The notes below the pieces were generated by a model. It ran no database searches and was not told where the DNA came from. It worked only from the letters and a program-made list of their open reading frames with translations. DNA of 63,346 nucleotides, counting the filler, from Octopus bimaculoides (taxonomy: Eukaryota): the NCBI RefSeq assembly GCF_001194135.2. It is 4 parts of 4 records of this genome, joined end to end, with 100 filler letters (N's around TTAATTAATTAA, not from the genome) between each part and the next. Parts side by side here need not be neighbours in the genome. Positions count along the whole stretch, not along the records: positions 1 to 19,690 come from NC_068990.1; 3 more parts are not named here. The stretch is one strand, 5' to 3'. Position 1 is the stretch's first letter. Each line of letters begins with the position of its first letter. Of the stretch, positions 1-11,429 are shown piece after piece. The position numbers and the translations under genes were made by a program.

Positions 1-79
1 AATGAGGGTGACCTATTTTGCCTAATGGATCCATAGAAACTTTTTTTTTTTAGGGATATGGGTTGTCTTTTACTTTTAA
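1..79 (-). mobile_element. Penelope-like element, continuation of the fragment at 6154-6745 beyond the DNA-transposon insertion
   Basis: Minus strand reads IKSKRQPISLKK. Joining it to 6154+ with a single TA restores GTA CTT AAA ATT ATT AAA AGT AAA AGA CAA CCC = VLKIIKSKRQP, typical of the PLE linker between RT and GIY-YIG. Confidence 0.75.
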
Positions 80-2003
80 TACCATAAAAACCCATGTAAT
101 TTACGCACTTTTTTCTTGCAAAATAAAAATAGACTTTAGCGGGTGCATAAATTACATGAGTAGATCATTTCTGGAATTTTTTGAAACTTTTTTTTATTGA
201 AAAAGACATACAAGACATAAAAATTTGTATCAGAAATTGACTCATTTAATGTCAGAATAGGTTTTTACAGAAAAAATAATGGCTTAAATATGCATAATGA
301 AGTTGACTTTTATTTATGCTGGATGGTATAATGCTTACATTTTCTGAATAAATTTACTACAACTATTAAATGGTTAACTAGTTTTTGAAGTCTAATTTTC
401 AATGCTAGTAAACACAGTCTGGGCCATATTTTACAATACTTGGAGTTTCTACCTATCGCAATCCATTGCACATATTTAATTTCTCCTTCACAGTAAACAA
501 TTCATAAGTTCTGCTCATACTGACAATAATGGTAATGACAAATTTTTAAGTTTGCTTGATATTCTATAAGTGTGAAAGGGATTAAAATTTCGATACTCCC
601 ATATCAAAGGTTCTGACAAGAATAGGCAGATGTCTTGCAAACAACTCGCACATGCAAGTGCTACCAGTCGAGAACTCCGCATACCGGAAGCCAGCAAGTA
701 TATGGGGTCATCAGGAGAGAATGCGCGCCGTTTCGGGGCCTACTTCTCGACAGCATCAATGCCCACCAGCCCTCCCTGATATGATGCCCCACTTGCTAGA
801 TCAACTGGTTATTAAAAACAAAGCTCAATATTTCTTTAGCCATCGCTCATCGTCTCTTTTTAACCAAATCCAGTGGCTAGCCTTCTCCACTGTGAGAACT
901 CCGCATACCGGAAGCCAGCAAGTATATGGNNNNNNNNNNNNNNNNNNNNNNNNNNNNNNNNNNNNNNNNNNNNNNNNNNNNNNNNNNNNNNNNNNNNNNN
1001 NNNNNNNNNNNNNNNNNNNNNNNNNNNNNNNNNNNNNNNNNNNNNNNNNNNNNNNNNNNNNNNNNNNNNNNNNNNNNNNNNNNNNNNNNNNNNNNNNNNN
1101 NNNNNNNNNNNNNNNNNNNNNNNNNNNNNNNNNNNNNNNNNNNNNNNNNNNNNNNNNNNNNNNNNNNNNNNNNNNNNNNNNNNNNNNNNNNNNNNNNNNN
1201 NNNNNNNNNNNNNNNNNNNNNNNNNNNNNNNNNNNNNNNNNNNNNNNNNNNNNNNNNNNNNNNNNNNNNNNNNNNNNNNNNNNNNNNNNNNNNNNNNNNN
1301 NNNNNNNNNNNNNNNNNNNNNNNNNNNNNNNNNNNNNNNNNNNNNNNNNNNNNNNNNNNNNNNNNNNNNNNNNNNNNNNNNNNNNNNNNNNNNNNNNNNN
1401 NNNNNNNNNNNNNNNNNNNNNNNNNNNNNNNNNNNNNNNNNNNNNNNNNNNNNNNNNNNNNNNNNNNNNNNNNNNNNNNNNNNNNNNNNNNNNNNNNNNN
1501 NNNNNNNNNNNNNNNNNNNNNNNNNNNNNNNNNNNNNNNNNNNNNNNNNNNNNNNNNNNNNNNNNNNNNNNNNNNNNNNNNNNNNNNNNNNNNCTACTTT
1601 TCATTTCTCACAGGAAGTTTCTTGTTCTTTTTCTTGAAACGGATCCGCTGACCTGAGAGCACGAAGGTAATAACATCTCAAGATGGTTCTTTCAATGGTT
1701 TTTTCTCAGTGTTGTTGAGATGAATTTGGTTTTTCATAGCATTGAAGATAACCTTCAGGACCAGGTTGTGTCTCTATGTATACCTATTCAATGCTAAGGA
1801 ACAGTTGGAAAGAATATGTTTCAGTGTTCCAACCTTTCTGCATTTGCATATGTCATTCTCTGAGATGTTCCATCTTACGAGATTCGTAGGTGATGGCAAA
1901 ACATCATAGGATGAACGAATCAGAAAACTTAGCCGAGATGTCGTCCACTTCCATATCTCATCTCAACGTATTTTCTTCTCAACAACATGTTCTTCTCATC
2001 TCT

Positions 2004-3701
2004 TCATCTGTCCTTGTTAACTACATCAGATCGAATGAAGCTCTCTGCTTCTCTTGTTTTGACGCTGTTGCTAACAACAGATCTGCATTCACTCCGCATC
2101 ATACTTGCAAACGGTCTGAACTGATTTGCACCAAAACTAAGTCCTCTCCGATGGTTCTGTGTTGCACCCACCATATCTCTGTGTATAAGAGAAGACAAGA
2201 TGTCATCAGTCTCTGCTTCTGCTTTCCACTTCCTGGCTGTTTTCACCTCTGATGGGTTACGCCTGATTTCAGTGTCCTTCGATTCTCTCAGCATCATCAC
2301 CGTCCGTATCTTCCCTAGTTTGTATATTTCGACTATTGACGCTAGTGGTAACTGCAATGAACCTCTTTTACGATAAAGAGCTGAACTGTTCAACATCCAA
2401 GGTAGGCCTAGCCACTTTCTAATGAACACATTACGTTCTTGTTCAATGATCTGAACTTGTGACATTGCTACCTTGTATATTAAAAGTGGCCACAAAAATC
2501 GTGGGAACAAACCGAACTGCAAGCACCAAATTTTATAGTTATCTGGTAACTTCGAGTTATCAATCGCTGATAATCCAGCCTTGGCTTGTTTCATAATTTC
2601 CATTCCACGACTTCTATCTGACAATGTTCCAGTGTATACACGCCCCAACCTCTTGACAGGTTCTTCTTTGACTGTTGGAATGCTTTCTTCAGCTATTCGA
2701 AACTTAAATTCTTTCTGCACTCCATTAACAAATGTCAGACTACGCGACTTTTTTGCTCTAAACTGCATCCTTGACCACCTTACAAGTTCGTCTAGTCTCA
2801 AGAGGGCATTCTGCATGACTTGTTTATCTGTAGCTAGAAGTGTCACGTCATCCATGAAGGCTTTCTTAGGAGATTGTACATGGGCGATTTGTTCAGAAAA
2901 ATCCACCGCTTTCAAAATCATCTCCATGACTAAGATAAACCATGTGGCAGATATTGTACAGCCAGCAGCAATGCCAATCTCCAATCAGTGCCAATCTGTT
3001 GTAAAATCTCCAGCTGTAAACCTCATGTCGAAACTGTCATAGTACATCCTCATTATTTTGATCACTTTGTCTGGAATGTGGAAGTTGTCCATGGCTCTTA
3101 TCAGTAATTTGTGTGGCACTGAGCCATATGCATTAGCTAGGTCAAGCCATACCACATTCAGACTTCTCTTTTTCTGTTTGACATCCTGGATTGCTTTCCA
3201 AATCGAAAAACAGTGTTCAACGCATCCAGGGATCCTGGGGATTCCGGCCTTTTGAACAGACTCATCAACATACCCGTTATTCTGTAAATACGTCACTGTT
3301 CTCCTTGAAAGAATTCCCATAAAGATCTTGCCTTCCACATTCAATAAGGATATCGGCCTAAACTGTTTTAAAGTCTTTGCATTAGCCTCCTTCAGCAGGT
3401 ATATACCTTCTGCCTTACACCAATCCTCTACTACAGTCTGTTTGCGCCACAGCTGTTGGAGTAGGACAAAGAGCTTCTTTCGCAGACGATTGCAATATTT
3501 ATAAACTTTATATGAGATGCCATCACCTCCTGGGGCACTCTTTGCTCTAGCTTTCCTTACAAAATTATTCACCTCTTTCTCCCTGATGTCACCAATTTGG
3601 AATTTGATATCAGGTTCTGAGAGATGAATTAGCCCATGTTGAGGTGGCAGTGGCTGGTTACAATACGGATCGCTGTAGGTTTCTTTGATACGAGCGTCCA
3701 A
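2004..3701 (-). pseudogene. Reverse transcriptase region of the HERO-like element, broken by a stop near 2985-2987
   Basis: ORF-track pieces 2985-3701 and 2004-2984 are consecutive in one frame and together contain the RT motifs, including the FMDD catalytic box. Confidence 0.9.
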
Positions 3702-4393
3702 TTCTTCTTTTGTGCACGATAAAGAATCACTCTTCGGTTCAGTGAACAGCTTCTTAGTAAACCCGTACAGGTCCTTCAGAAAGTGCCCCTGAGTTGTTTT
3801 ACTCTCCTTTTGACGCTCATATCAGCGGATATGTCGTTGCACATAACGACATTTCCTTTTCAAATCATTATACAGCAGCACGAGGCCAGGTTTTTCATCT
3901 TCTGCAGCACGTTTCCATCGCTTTCTTAGGCTGGTCTTTTCCTTCCTCAACTGTTTCATTTTCCTGATCCTCCTGTTTGGTCTACACTTTCCTTTCTCTA
4001 ATTGGATATTCTCTTTCATTCCAAACAATTCCTTCCCTGTANNNNNNNNNNTTTCTCTAATTGGATATTCTCTTTCATTCCAAACAATTCCTTCCCTGTA
4101 TCGTAAATTGAGCTTGTTAATTTTCCCAGTTTCTCCACTGTAGAGCCTGTCATTTTATAAAGAGCTCGACATACCTTGTTTCCAAACTCTTTATATTTTC
4201 CTTTCTCATTAGCAGCAGGCTACAAAACCCTTGGTCTCCTCCGAGTACTATCTGATGCACCAGTCTCATGACTTGCAGTTTCCTGATGGGAAGAGGTCTT
4301 TGCTGTAGCATTTATCGATCTGCTGTGGTTTGAGTCTGGGAATGATTTGCCACGTGTTTTATGATTAGATGATCTACACTGCTCTGTCTTCTT

Positions 4394-4579
4394 TTAACAA
4401 GTCTTTCCCTGATGTATCTTCAAGCCTCTCACAGTTGCAAAGGTTCTACAGCACAGCTTGCATCCAAAGTTGTTTGCACTGTGTTCGCTGTTCGAATGAA
4501 TAGCCGTACTCGTGTCCAAGGTGATTTCCATGTCAACTGGGTTTGATTGATTCTCGACTCTCCCCTCTCGGTCAATCAT
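4394..4579 (-). pseudogene. N-terminal zinc-finger segment of the HERO-like ORF
   Basis: MIDREG...CKLCCRTFATVRGLKIHQGKTC (C-x2-C...H-x4-C). First in-frame ATG downstream of the hairpin-rich 5' UTR. Confidence 0.7.
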
Positions 4580-4650
4580 GGGGCTGTCATTCTCATTCGT
4601 AGTTTTTACAATATATTACAAAGGTGAGGATTGTAAGTCCGCAGCCTTCG

Positions 4651-4746
4651 CCAGTCTCTCCTGGTGTCGATAGTCTTTCCTATTGTCCACTCGTCTTTCC
4701 GAGCAGTTCTCTTGTCTTTCCAAGATGCCTAACTGTCTTTCCGGTT
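4651..4746 (-). ncRNA. Array of five stem-loops in the retrotransposon 5' UTR (loop GAAAGA x4, GAGAGA x1)
   Basis: Sense strand: AACCG-GAAAGA-CAGTT, TCTTG-GAAAGA-CAAGA, CTGCTCG-GAAAGA-CGAGTGG, ATAG-GAAAGA-CTAT, CCAG-GAGAGA-CTGG. Period 19-21 nt. Stem sequences differ but pairing is kept. Confidence 0.7.
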
Positions 4747-4774
4747 TGTCAGTGGCTATCTACCACAAGGTCTT

Positions 4775-5639
4775 AGATGTCTTGCAAACAACTTGCACAT
4801 GCAAGTGCTACCAGTCGAGAACTCCGCATACTGGAAGCCAGCGAGTATATGGGGTCATCCGGAAAGAATGCGCGCCGTTTCAGGGCCTACCTCTCGATGG
4901 CATCAATGCCCACCGGCCTCCACCCTCACTGATATGAGGCCCCACTTGCTAGATCAACTGGTTATTAAAAACAAAGCTTAATATTTCTTTAGCCATCACT
5001 CATCATCTCTTTTTAACCAAATCCAGTGGCTAGCCTTCTCCACTGTATTTTGGATATCGGTCATGGTGGTATTTACCTTATGATAAGTTAGGCCTAACGA
5101 TAACAGCAGTCGTCTCACACTGTGTCCTACAAACCCTCTACATCCAGCTTCAATTGGGAAATGTTCCGTTTTCCAGCCTGCGTCTTCACATTTCTCGAGA
5201 AGGTTTACATAACGGTCAATCTTTCGAGCCCGCCCGGCGTCCATATTATTTTCATGAGGATCCGTTAACTCGACTAGATTTACAACTTTCCTTCTTTCAC
5301 ACCACATTAAAATGTCCGGTTTTTCTGTAACTGGGATGGGAAAGAATGCCTGGCACCCACGTAAATCTGCAGTCACTTCCCAAAATTGTCGTTCCACTTT
5401 TCATTTCTCACAGGAAGTTTCTTGTTCTTTTTCTTGAAATGGATCCACTGACCTCAGCGCACGAAGGTAATAAAATCTCTAGATGGTTCTTTCAATGGTT
5501 TTTTTCTCAGTGTTGTTGAGATGAATTTGGTTTTTCATAGCATTGAAGATAACCTTCAGGACCAGGTCGTGTCTCTATGTATACCTATTCAATGCTAAGG
5601 AACAGTTGGAAAGAATATGTTTCAGTGTTCCAACCTTTC
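4775..5639 (-). mobile_element. Second, 5'-truncated HERO-like copy (RLE domain plus 3' UTR), joined head-to-tail to the long copy
   Basis: 5399-5639 duplicates 1609-1838 (about 96% by eye) and 4775-5043 duplicates 628-893. ORF 4996-5397 has PDI...ELTDPHE...RKIDRY...IEAGCRGF...EKASHWIWLKR, a PD-(D/E)xK restriction-like endonuclease. Confidence 0.85.
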
Positions 5640-6153
5640 ATAATCAGTTTGATCAGTCACCTTCCTCTGTCGGTTGAATATAGCGTCATCCAAGCTGATG
5701 TTTATTGGTAATCAAGCTTAATTTGCTATTGCATATTTATCAGCTTTGTTTTTGTTGGTAATTCTTTTCAACAATTTTTCCTGTGATCACATATTTGAGA
5801 AGACATACAACAGTATGCTAAAGATCGGACATAATCTCTTATGGGCAAGAAATGTAAAATAAAATTTATGATAAACAACACGAACACTTTGTAATTTAAT
5901 GGCTTTCAATGTGATATCTGTTAAACAGAATTTTTTTTATTTAATGGAAGTTTAATAGAATCTAATTATAAGTAAGTGAAATTATGCTAAATACAACTAA
6001 ATTGAAGACCTTTTTCTTCTGGCTATATCGGCAATTCTGAAAACTTTTAGGTGCGAATTTTACATGAGTAGAAGCTTTTTTAAAACAAATTTTATCCTGA
6101 AAATCACCTGTTTAAATTACACAGGGGCGCAGATTATATGGGCTTTTATGGTA

Positions 6154-6745
6154 ATTTTAAGTACTTTGAGTGATTTTTTCATTCATAGATCATCCAATAG
6201 GAGAGGTATATTTTGATGGATGATGTTGTATGCTTCCATGTTCCTTGGATTGTGTGTTGATACATAAGACAAAGTTCTAAGTGTGTCACGAGGTTTTCCT
6301 GTTTTTCATAATTCTTGGATGTCTACCATTTTTATGTTCTATTCCGTTTTTGATTAAACTAATTGGGTGTTTTCTTTGTAGTAATATATTTTTAAGTTCT
6401 TGTAGTCACTTGTCCCAGGTTTCAGGATTCAGTCAGGCAAATTCTTCTTGCTAAGTTTGTAAAGTATATTGATTTTAGTATGCTTTGGGTGGCAGGAAGA
6501 GAATAGTAGATATAGTTTTGAGTCTGTTGATTTACAGATGTTGGTTTCAATGTTAGTGTCTCTTTTATGATTAAAATGTCCAGAAAGGCTAGCTGTTTGT
6601 GACTGTATTCCTTTGTAAATTGGATACTGTAGTTAATGTTAATTAAGTTTTTAAATTTCAAGAGTTGATTGAGGTTATGTGACCACAGAATGAAACAATA
6701 GTTTCCAGTTGGTGAGTAAGTATTTTTGAAAGTTGTCAGAGACAC
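6154..6745 (-). mobile_element. Penelope-like element fragment (RT C-terminal/thumb region)
   Basis: IQFTKEYSHKQLAFLDILIIK...NLARRIC and downstream YVSTHNPRNMEAYNIIHQNIPLL match recalled PLE RT motifs (FTxE...LPFLD, LARRI). Confidence 0.8.
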
Positions 6746-7029
6746 ACAGACACAGTGACATGTTTGTCCAATTTTTACTTTGTAACTTTAAACTCTCCTA
6801 AACCTTTTATATATTTGTACCATTGGTAAGCAAAAAAATTGTCAAAACTGCTTTGGTATTTGAATAAATCTATTACAAAATTTTTAAATGACTACACGCT
6901 TTGAAATTCAGGTGCATTTTCAGATGCATACACACACACACACACACATCCACACTTATATTCTGTACTCTGTATTTTGTATTCCAAGTAAATATATGCA
7001 AAATATTCTCTACTCTCATGGAATAATCT

Positions 7030-7450
7030 AAAACACTGGCTATTTGATTTCTAGTCAGTTGCCTGTCATCCATCACCATGTGGTGAACAGAATCACTGTT
7101 TTCCTTGGTGGTGGCGGTTGCAGGATGTCCAAACCTTGGGTCATCTTGAAAACTCTTCCTTCCTCTCCTAAATTCAGCTGCTTACTTTTGCACTGTTGTT
7201 GAAGCTAGAGTGTCATTCCCTAATGTAGCAACCATGTCAGCATGAATGTCAGTGGCTAAACCCATTTTGTGCAGGTACTTGATAACACCACAATTTTTGT
7301 CCATTTTTAAGAGAGGTCTTCTTTGAACAATCAGATGTCACTTTTACCTAGAAAGAAACAATGTAGTTATTAATAAGAAATGTTGAAATCAATGCAGGCA
7401 AAATTTCGCAGCTCTTGCATCATTTCTTTATAGTGATCCTATGAACTTTC
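7030..7450 (-). mobile_element. Mariner transposase 5' fragment
   Basis: Minus strand MDKNCGVIKYLHKMGLATDIHADMVATLG...AAEFRRGRKSFQDDPRFGHPATATT...VHHMVMDDRQLT (mariner HTH region). Homologous to 21770-22200. Confidence 0.8.
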
Positions 7451-8229
7451 ATAGGTGCAGCCATGGTTCTATTTGGATCAATCAGTTGATTGATTGATTG
7501 AAAAAAGTAAATGACTGATATAAATGCTATTGTCTTTGGAGTCAGCACATCATGTGCCAAAACAAATGAAACCAAAAGTAATAATTTCCTTGACTTCTAA
7601 TCCCTTCACATTTTTACTGTTTTATTTTTATTTTAAATGTTCTATTTCAAATTCCCTACTACATATTTTGAATAACTAGGAAAAATAAGCTGCCTTAAAT
7701 AAGCACATCCTATCAAACACAATGGCCGAACAACCATAATGTAGTAGTAATCTAACAAGCAATGTCCTAGATATCGTAAAATTTCACCAAAACATGACCA
7801 CTAGAGGAGGTGGTGAGCTTCAAATTTCAATGCCCTATGTTTATGGTATTTGACCTCAGTAACAGACAACAATAGACTAAGGCTGATGCCTAGAAAAGGC
7901 TGACCTAGTTCCTTGTAGATACAGCAGTGAGACCCAACATTTGAAAGGTGATTTTTACCTACCACCAGCATGGATGTTACTTATGCAACACCAGCAATGA
8001 CCACATTACATCTATGAGTCCCAACGGTTGAAAGGTGTTTTTTATATACCACTGGCCTGGGTAGTAGTTACATAACACCATCATTAGCCATGTTGCCTCT
8101 GGCACAGTTGCTAGTTATGTGACATCAACATCAGTCACATTGCCTTTGTAAAGCCCAACACTTGAAAGGTGCTCTTATGTGGCACTGACACAAGTGCCAG
8201 TAACATGACACTGGCATCAGCCATGACTA

Positions 8230-9545
8230 CGATTTCACTTGGCATGATGCGTCCTCTCAAGCATAGTATATTGCCAAAGGTCTTAGTCACTAGTCATAGC
8301 CTCCTTGAGGCCCAACGTTTGAAGATCATGCTTCACAATCTCATCCCATGTCTTCCTGGGTCTACCTCTTCCATGTGTTCCCTCTGCAGTTAGGGATCAG
8401 GACTTCTTTACACAGTTGTCCTCATCCATACGCATCACATGACAATACTAGCAGAGTTGTCTCTCTTGCACACCACATCTGATGCCTCTTATGCCCAACT
8501 TTTCTTTCAAGATGTACTCTGAAATTGCACATCCAGCGATGCATGCTAACTTCATTTCTTTCAAGCCTATACATGTCCTTGGTAGTCACAACCCATGTTT
8601 CACTGCCGTGTAACATATCTGTTTATACACAGGCATCATACAGTCTGCCTTTCACTCTGAGGCAGAGGTCCTTTGTTGCCAACAGAGGTAGGAGCTCTCT
8701 GTACTTTGTCCAGCCTATTCTTCTTCTCACAGCTACATTCTCAGAGCATCCACCTCCTCTACTGACTTAGTCGCCTAGATAACGGAAACTATCCACTACC
8801 ACTAGCTTACTCACCTGACGTTTGATGGAGTCTATTTTCTGTAAATTTTTAATGTTAATTGTACCTGTGCACCTTCAACACACAAAAACTATTTTTCCTG
8901 TTAACCTTCCTCTAATATTACTGCACTCCTTATGTGTCTATAGCTTGCACTGGGTACATCTTATGGAATTTCTCCCTATACCTTTCCTACAGAGCGAGCA
9001 GGACTGTCTACCTGAAGGGATTTGCAATTTGTCTACTTTCCTACTTACTGAAACTTTGGTTTTCATTGGGATAACTCTAAGGCCCTTCGATTTTAGACCT
9101 TGCTTCCACAACTGAAATTTCTTCTTTAGTTCTGGTAGTGATTTAGCTATAAGAACAAGGTCATCAGCATAAGGAGCTCCCAGGGGCAGCCTGTCTTAAA
9201 TTTTTCTGGTATTGCCTGGAGGACTATGATGAACAAGAGGGGGCTGAGGACTGATCCTTCATGAACCCTTGCTTCTACCCTGAATTCATCACTATACTCA
9301 CCTTCACCTTACTGGCAAACCCTGTATGTGGCTTGTACGGTTTTCACCAACCACTCATCTATCACTAGTTTCTGTATTGACCACCAGATAAGGGAGTGGG
9401 AAACCCTGTCAAAGCTTTCTCCATGTCAACAAAGGCCAAGTACAGAAGTTTGTCTTTGGCTGGGTATTTCTCCTACAGCATCAGTGGTGCTTCTCCTTGG
9501 TACACATGCTTCTGGGATTAGTCCCACTGCCTGGCACCTTTTACT
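8230..9545 (-). mobile_element. RTE-clade LINE, 3' portion with RT remnants
   Basis: VHEGSVLSPLLFIIVLQAI...CPWELL, VDSFRYLGD, RELLPLL...RVKGRLYDACV, MLHGSETW, RLERNE. Many stops and frameshifts. Confidence 0.85.
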
Positions 9546-9792
9546 ATAGCTTCGAGCCAATCAAAGCCTTCTGAGTGGATTTGGTAGGTGAAGACTGTAA
9601 GAAGCCCATTGTGTTATATATATATATATATATATATATATNNNNNNNNNNNNNNNNNNNNNNNNNNTGGTGCATAATTATTGCGACTTTTCTTCAATAA
9701 ATTTTATTCAACAAAAAATTTAAACAAAATGCCAGGTAGAAATTGAGTAGATGGTGAATATTCTCTGGAATAATCATATAAAGATGTTTTTG

Positions 9793-10175
9793 TTATCTCC
9801 GCCAAGGAAGAAGGTTATGTTTTCATCGGTGTTGGTTTGTCTGTCTGTCCTTCTGTGTGCAAAATAACTCAAAAAGTTGTGAACGGTATTTTTTGAAACT
9901 TGTAGGAAGAGTTGGTAATGACACAAGGAACAGATGATGAAATTTTGGTACTGATCCAGGAATGTTTATGGATTCTTGAAGGAATTTTCATTTGTTATAT
10001 TTACTTTACATGAAGTATTACAATGTTATGTTCTTTGATTATCTCCCTTGAAAACACGTTCATTGTTTCCACGTAACCTATGGTGGTGTTGCTGTTTCCA
10101 AAGTTTATTTTCGTTTCTCTATTAGTAATTTTACTCGTGTATCTATCTTAAAATGAGCTGCTTGGCAGAGGTCTG
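9793..10175 (+). mobile_element. Helentron-associated (HINE/DINE-1-like) non-autonomous element
   Basis: 5' TTATCTCCGCCAAGG..GGTTATGTTTTC...TTTGTCTGTCTGT and 3' subterminal inverted copy CTTGGCAGAGGTCTG. A second 5' stub lies at about 11341-11380. Confidence 0.55.
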
Positions 10176-10194
10176 TGGAGGATGACATGACAAG

Positions 10195-10560
10195 CCAATT
10201 ACTCAAAAAGCTCAGACTTTGCTCCCTCCACCGCTGCTGTGAGCTCTATATCATCTGTATGATGTGGAAAATATTCCATCAGCATTGCCCATCCTTAAAA
10301 TTCATCCGAGGCTTGTCCCCCGTGCAATCCGTCCACTACAGAAATGTTCATGTTGTATCACAAACACTATGACAGAAATATTTCACCTCAATTAGCCCTG
10401 TTCACTTCAACATTGTGCCAGACACACATAAAGGAGAAAAGTGACTTCACAGCATTCAAACGATCCCTAGATGACTACCCCCAACAAATACCAGATAAAC
10501 CACCCACACCCAGATATGTCTCTGAAAACAATAACCCTCTGCTTGAATGGGCTACAGTTC
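10195..10560 (+). mobile_element. CR1-group LINE, 3' ORF2 remnant
   Basis: LKKLRLCSLHRCCELYIICMMWKIF resembles the LxLYSLQRRRERYxIIxxWK motif; later FKRSLDDY.QQIPDKPPTP.YVSENNNPLLEW. Confidence 0.65.
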
Positions 10561-10574
10561 CCCAGAACTGACTG

Positions 10575-10795
10575 TGTATCTCTTCCAGGTAGTGCTATTA
10601 AATTAGACATGGCCTGAGTCAACTTCAGCTGAAAGTTATCTAAGTAATCTAATTTATGCTGTAACCTTTTAATCAAAGCATGACAACGTGGGTAGAAGCT
10701 GATATCTTAACATTTCTGATGGTCTTAAGTATAAAAAAAATTCTTAAAGATTTATATAGAACTACATTCAGAATATGTCTATAAGCTATTATGTT
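10575..10795 (+). repeat. Interspersed repeat, present in inverted orientation at about 37145-37365
   Basis: CCAGGTAGTGCTATTAAATTAGACATGG...GAACTACATTCAGAATATGTCTATAAGCT matches the reverse complement of 37145-37365. Confidence 0.75.
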
Positions 10796-11429
10796 TAGAC
10801 CTGGTTTCTATCCTCAAACTGTTCTGGTTTGTAGATGCAATTTTTTTTTTTAATAAAACACTCCGAAATTAGAAAAATCAAAAATCTACAACAATCTCGG
10901 TCCCAGGAGTATCGAATAATGGATTTTCAACTGTGTAAAGAAACTGATTGTGGTGACTGTAGTTTTGATGGTGATTGTGGTGAAAGCAGAGACAGTGTTG
11001 ATGATGACGATAATCGAGATAAGTATGGGTGGAGGATAAAATAGTATCAGTGGTTATAATGGCAACAGGAGTGGTGTGATGTGTGTTGATGGTGGTAATA
11101 GTGGTGTTGATGATAGTGTTAGTTGTGTGGTGGAGGTATTGTAGTGGTTATACTGGTTGTGGTGGTGAAAGTGACTGTCAAGGTAACTGTCATGATAACG
11201 TTGATGGCAGTGTATGTGGTTGAAGTGAAAGCAATGACAGTACTGCTGCTGATGTTGGTGGTTGTGAACTGCTTCAGATGATTCCTGTTTTTAAAGGGTT
11301 TTTGTTTTTTAAAATCATATGGCTGTGTTATCCCCCCCCCCCCGCCAAGGAGGTTATGATTTTGCCGGCATTGGTTTGGGAAATTAGGCGATTTTCAGCA
11401 TGCATGTATATGGGTGGAAATGAGCTCTA

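Larger units (their letters stand above)
628..4774 (-). mobile_element. HERO-like non-LTR retrotransposon (RT plus restriction-like endonuclease), apparently full-length but decayed; assembly gap at 930-1593
   Basis: N-terminal zinc finger CKLCCRTFATVRGLKIHQGKTC. RT motifs APGGDGISYKVYK, FRPISLLNVEGKIF, QKAGIP, WLDLANAYGSVPH, GIAAGCTIS, FMDD. CCHC-type knuckle CKCRKVGTLKHILSNC followed by RYTxRHN. C-terminus VEKASHWIWLKR. Clade assignment is from recalled HERO motifs. Confidence 0.85.
82..6151. mobile_element. Non-autonomous Tc1/mariner-superfamily (pogo/Tc2-like) DNA element, ~1 kb of own sequence, TA target-site duplication, interrupted by HERO copies
   Basis: Left end TA|CCATAAAAACCCATGTAATTTACGCAC; right end reverse complement TA|CCATAAAAGCCCATATAATCTGCGCCC (24/29 identical including the TA). 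TA at 80-81 and 6152-6153. Subterminal copies of the GTGC..AATTACATGAG motif near 143-160 and 6051-6068. Confidence 0.8.

Noticed and set aside
894-929. Possible third HERO 3'-UTR copy (repeat of 671-706)
   Set aside because: Only 36 bp are visible and they abut a large gap; cannot be distinguished from a gap-edge artefact.
652-1656. Long ORFs spanning N runs (also 16381-17374, 17700-19631, 20223-21088, 59952-60845)
   Set aside because: Open only because N translates as X.
3992-4101. Apparent ~50-bp direct repeat in the HERO ORF
   Set aside because: Identical sequence on both sides of a 10-N gap; typical unmerged contig overlap.
4651-4746. CRISPR-like or CsrB-like interpretation of the periodic motif
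   Set aside because: Eukaryotic retrotransposon context, an 8-bp repeat, and intervening sequence that forms stems rather than unique spacers; the CsrB resemblance is only an analogy.
602-5642. 11-bp inverted match TATCAAAGGTT / AACCTTTCATA around the HERO tandem as a TSD or TIR
   Set aside because: Inverted rather than direct, and the right copy is mostly element sequence; treated as coincidence.
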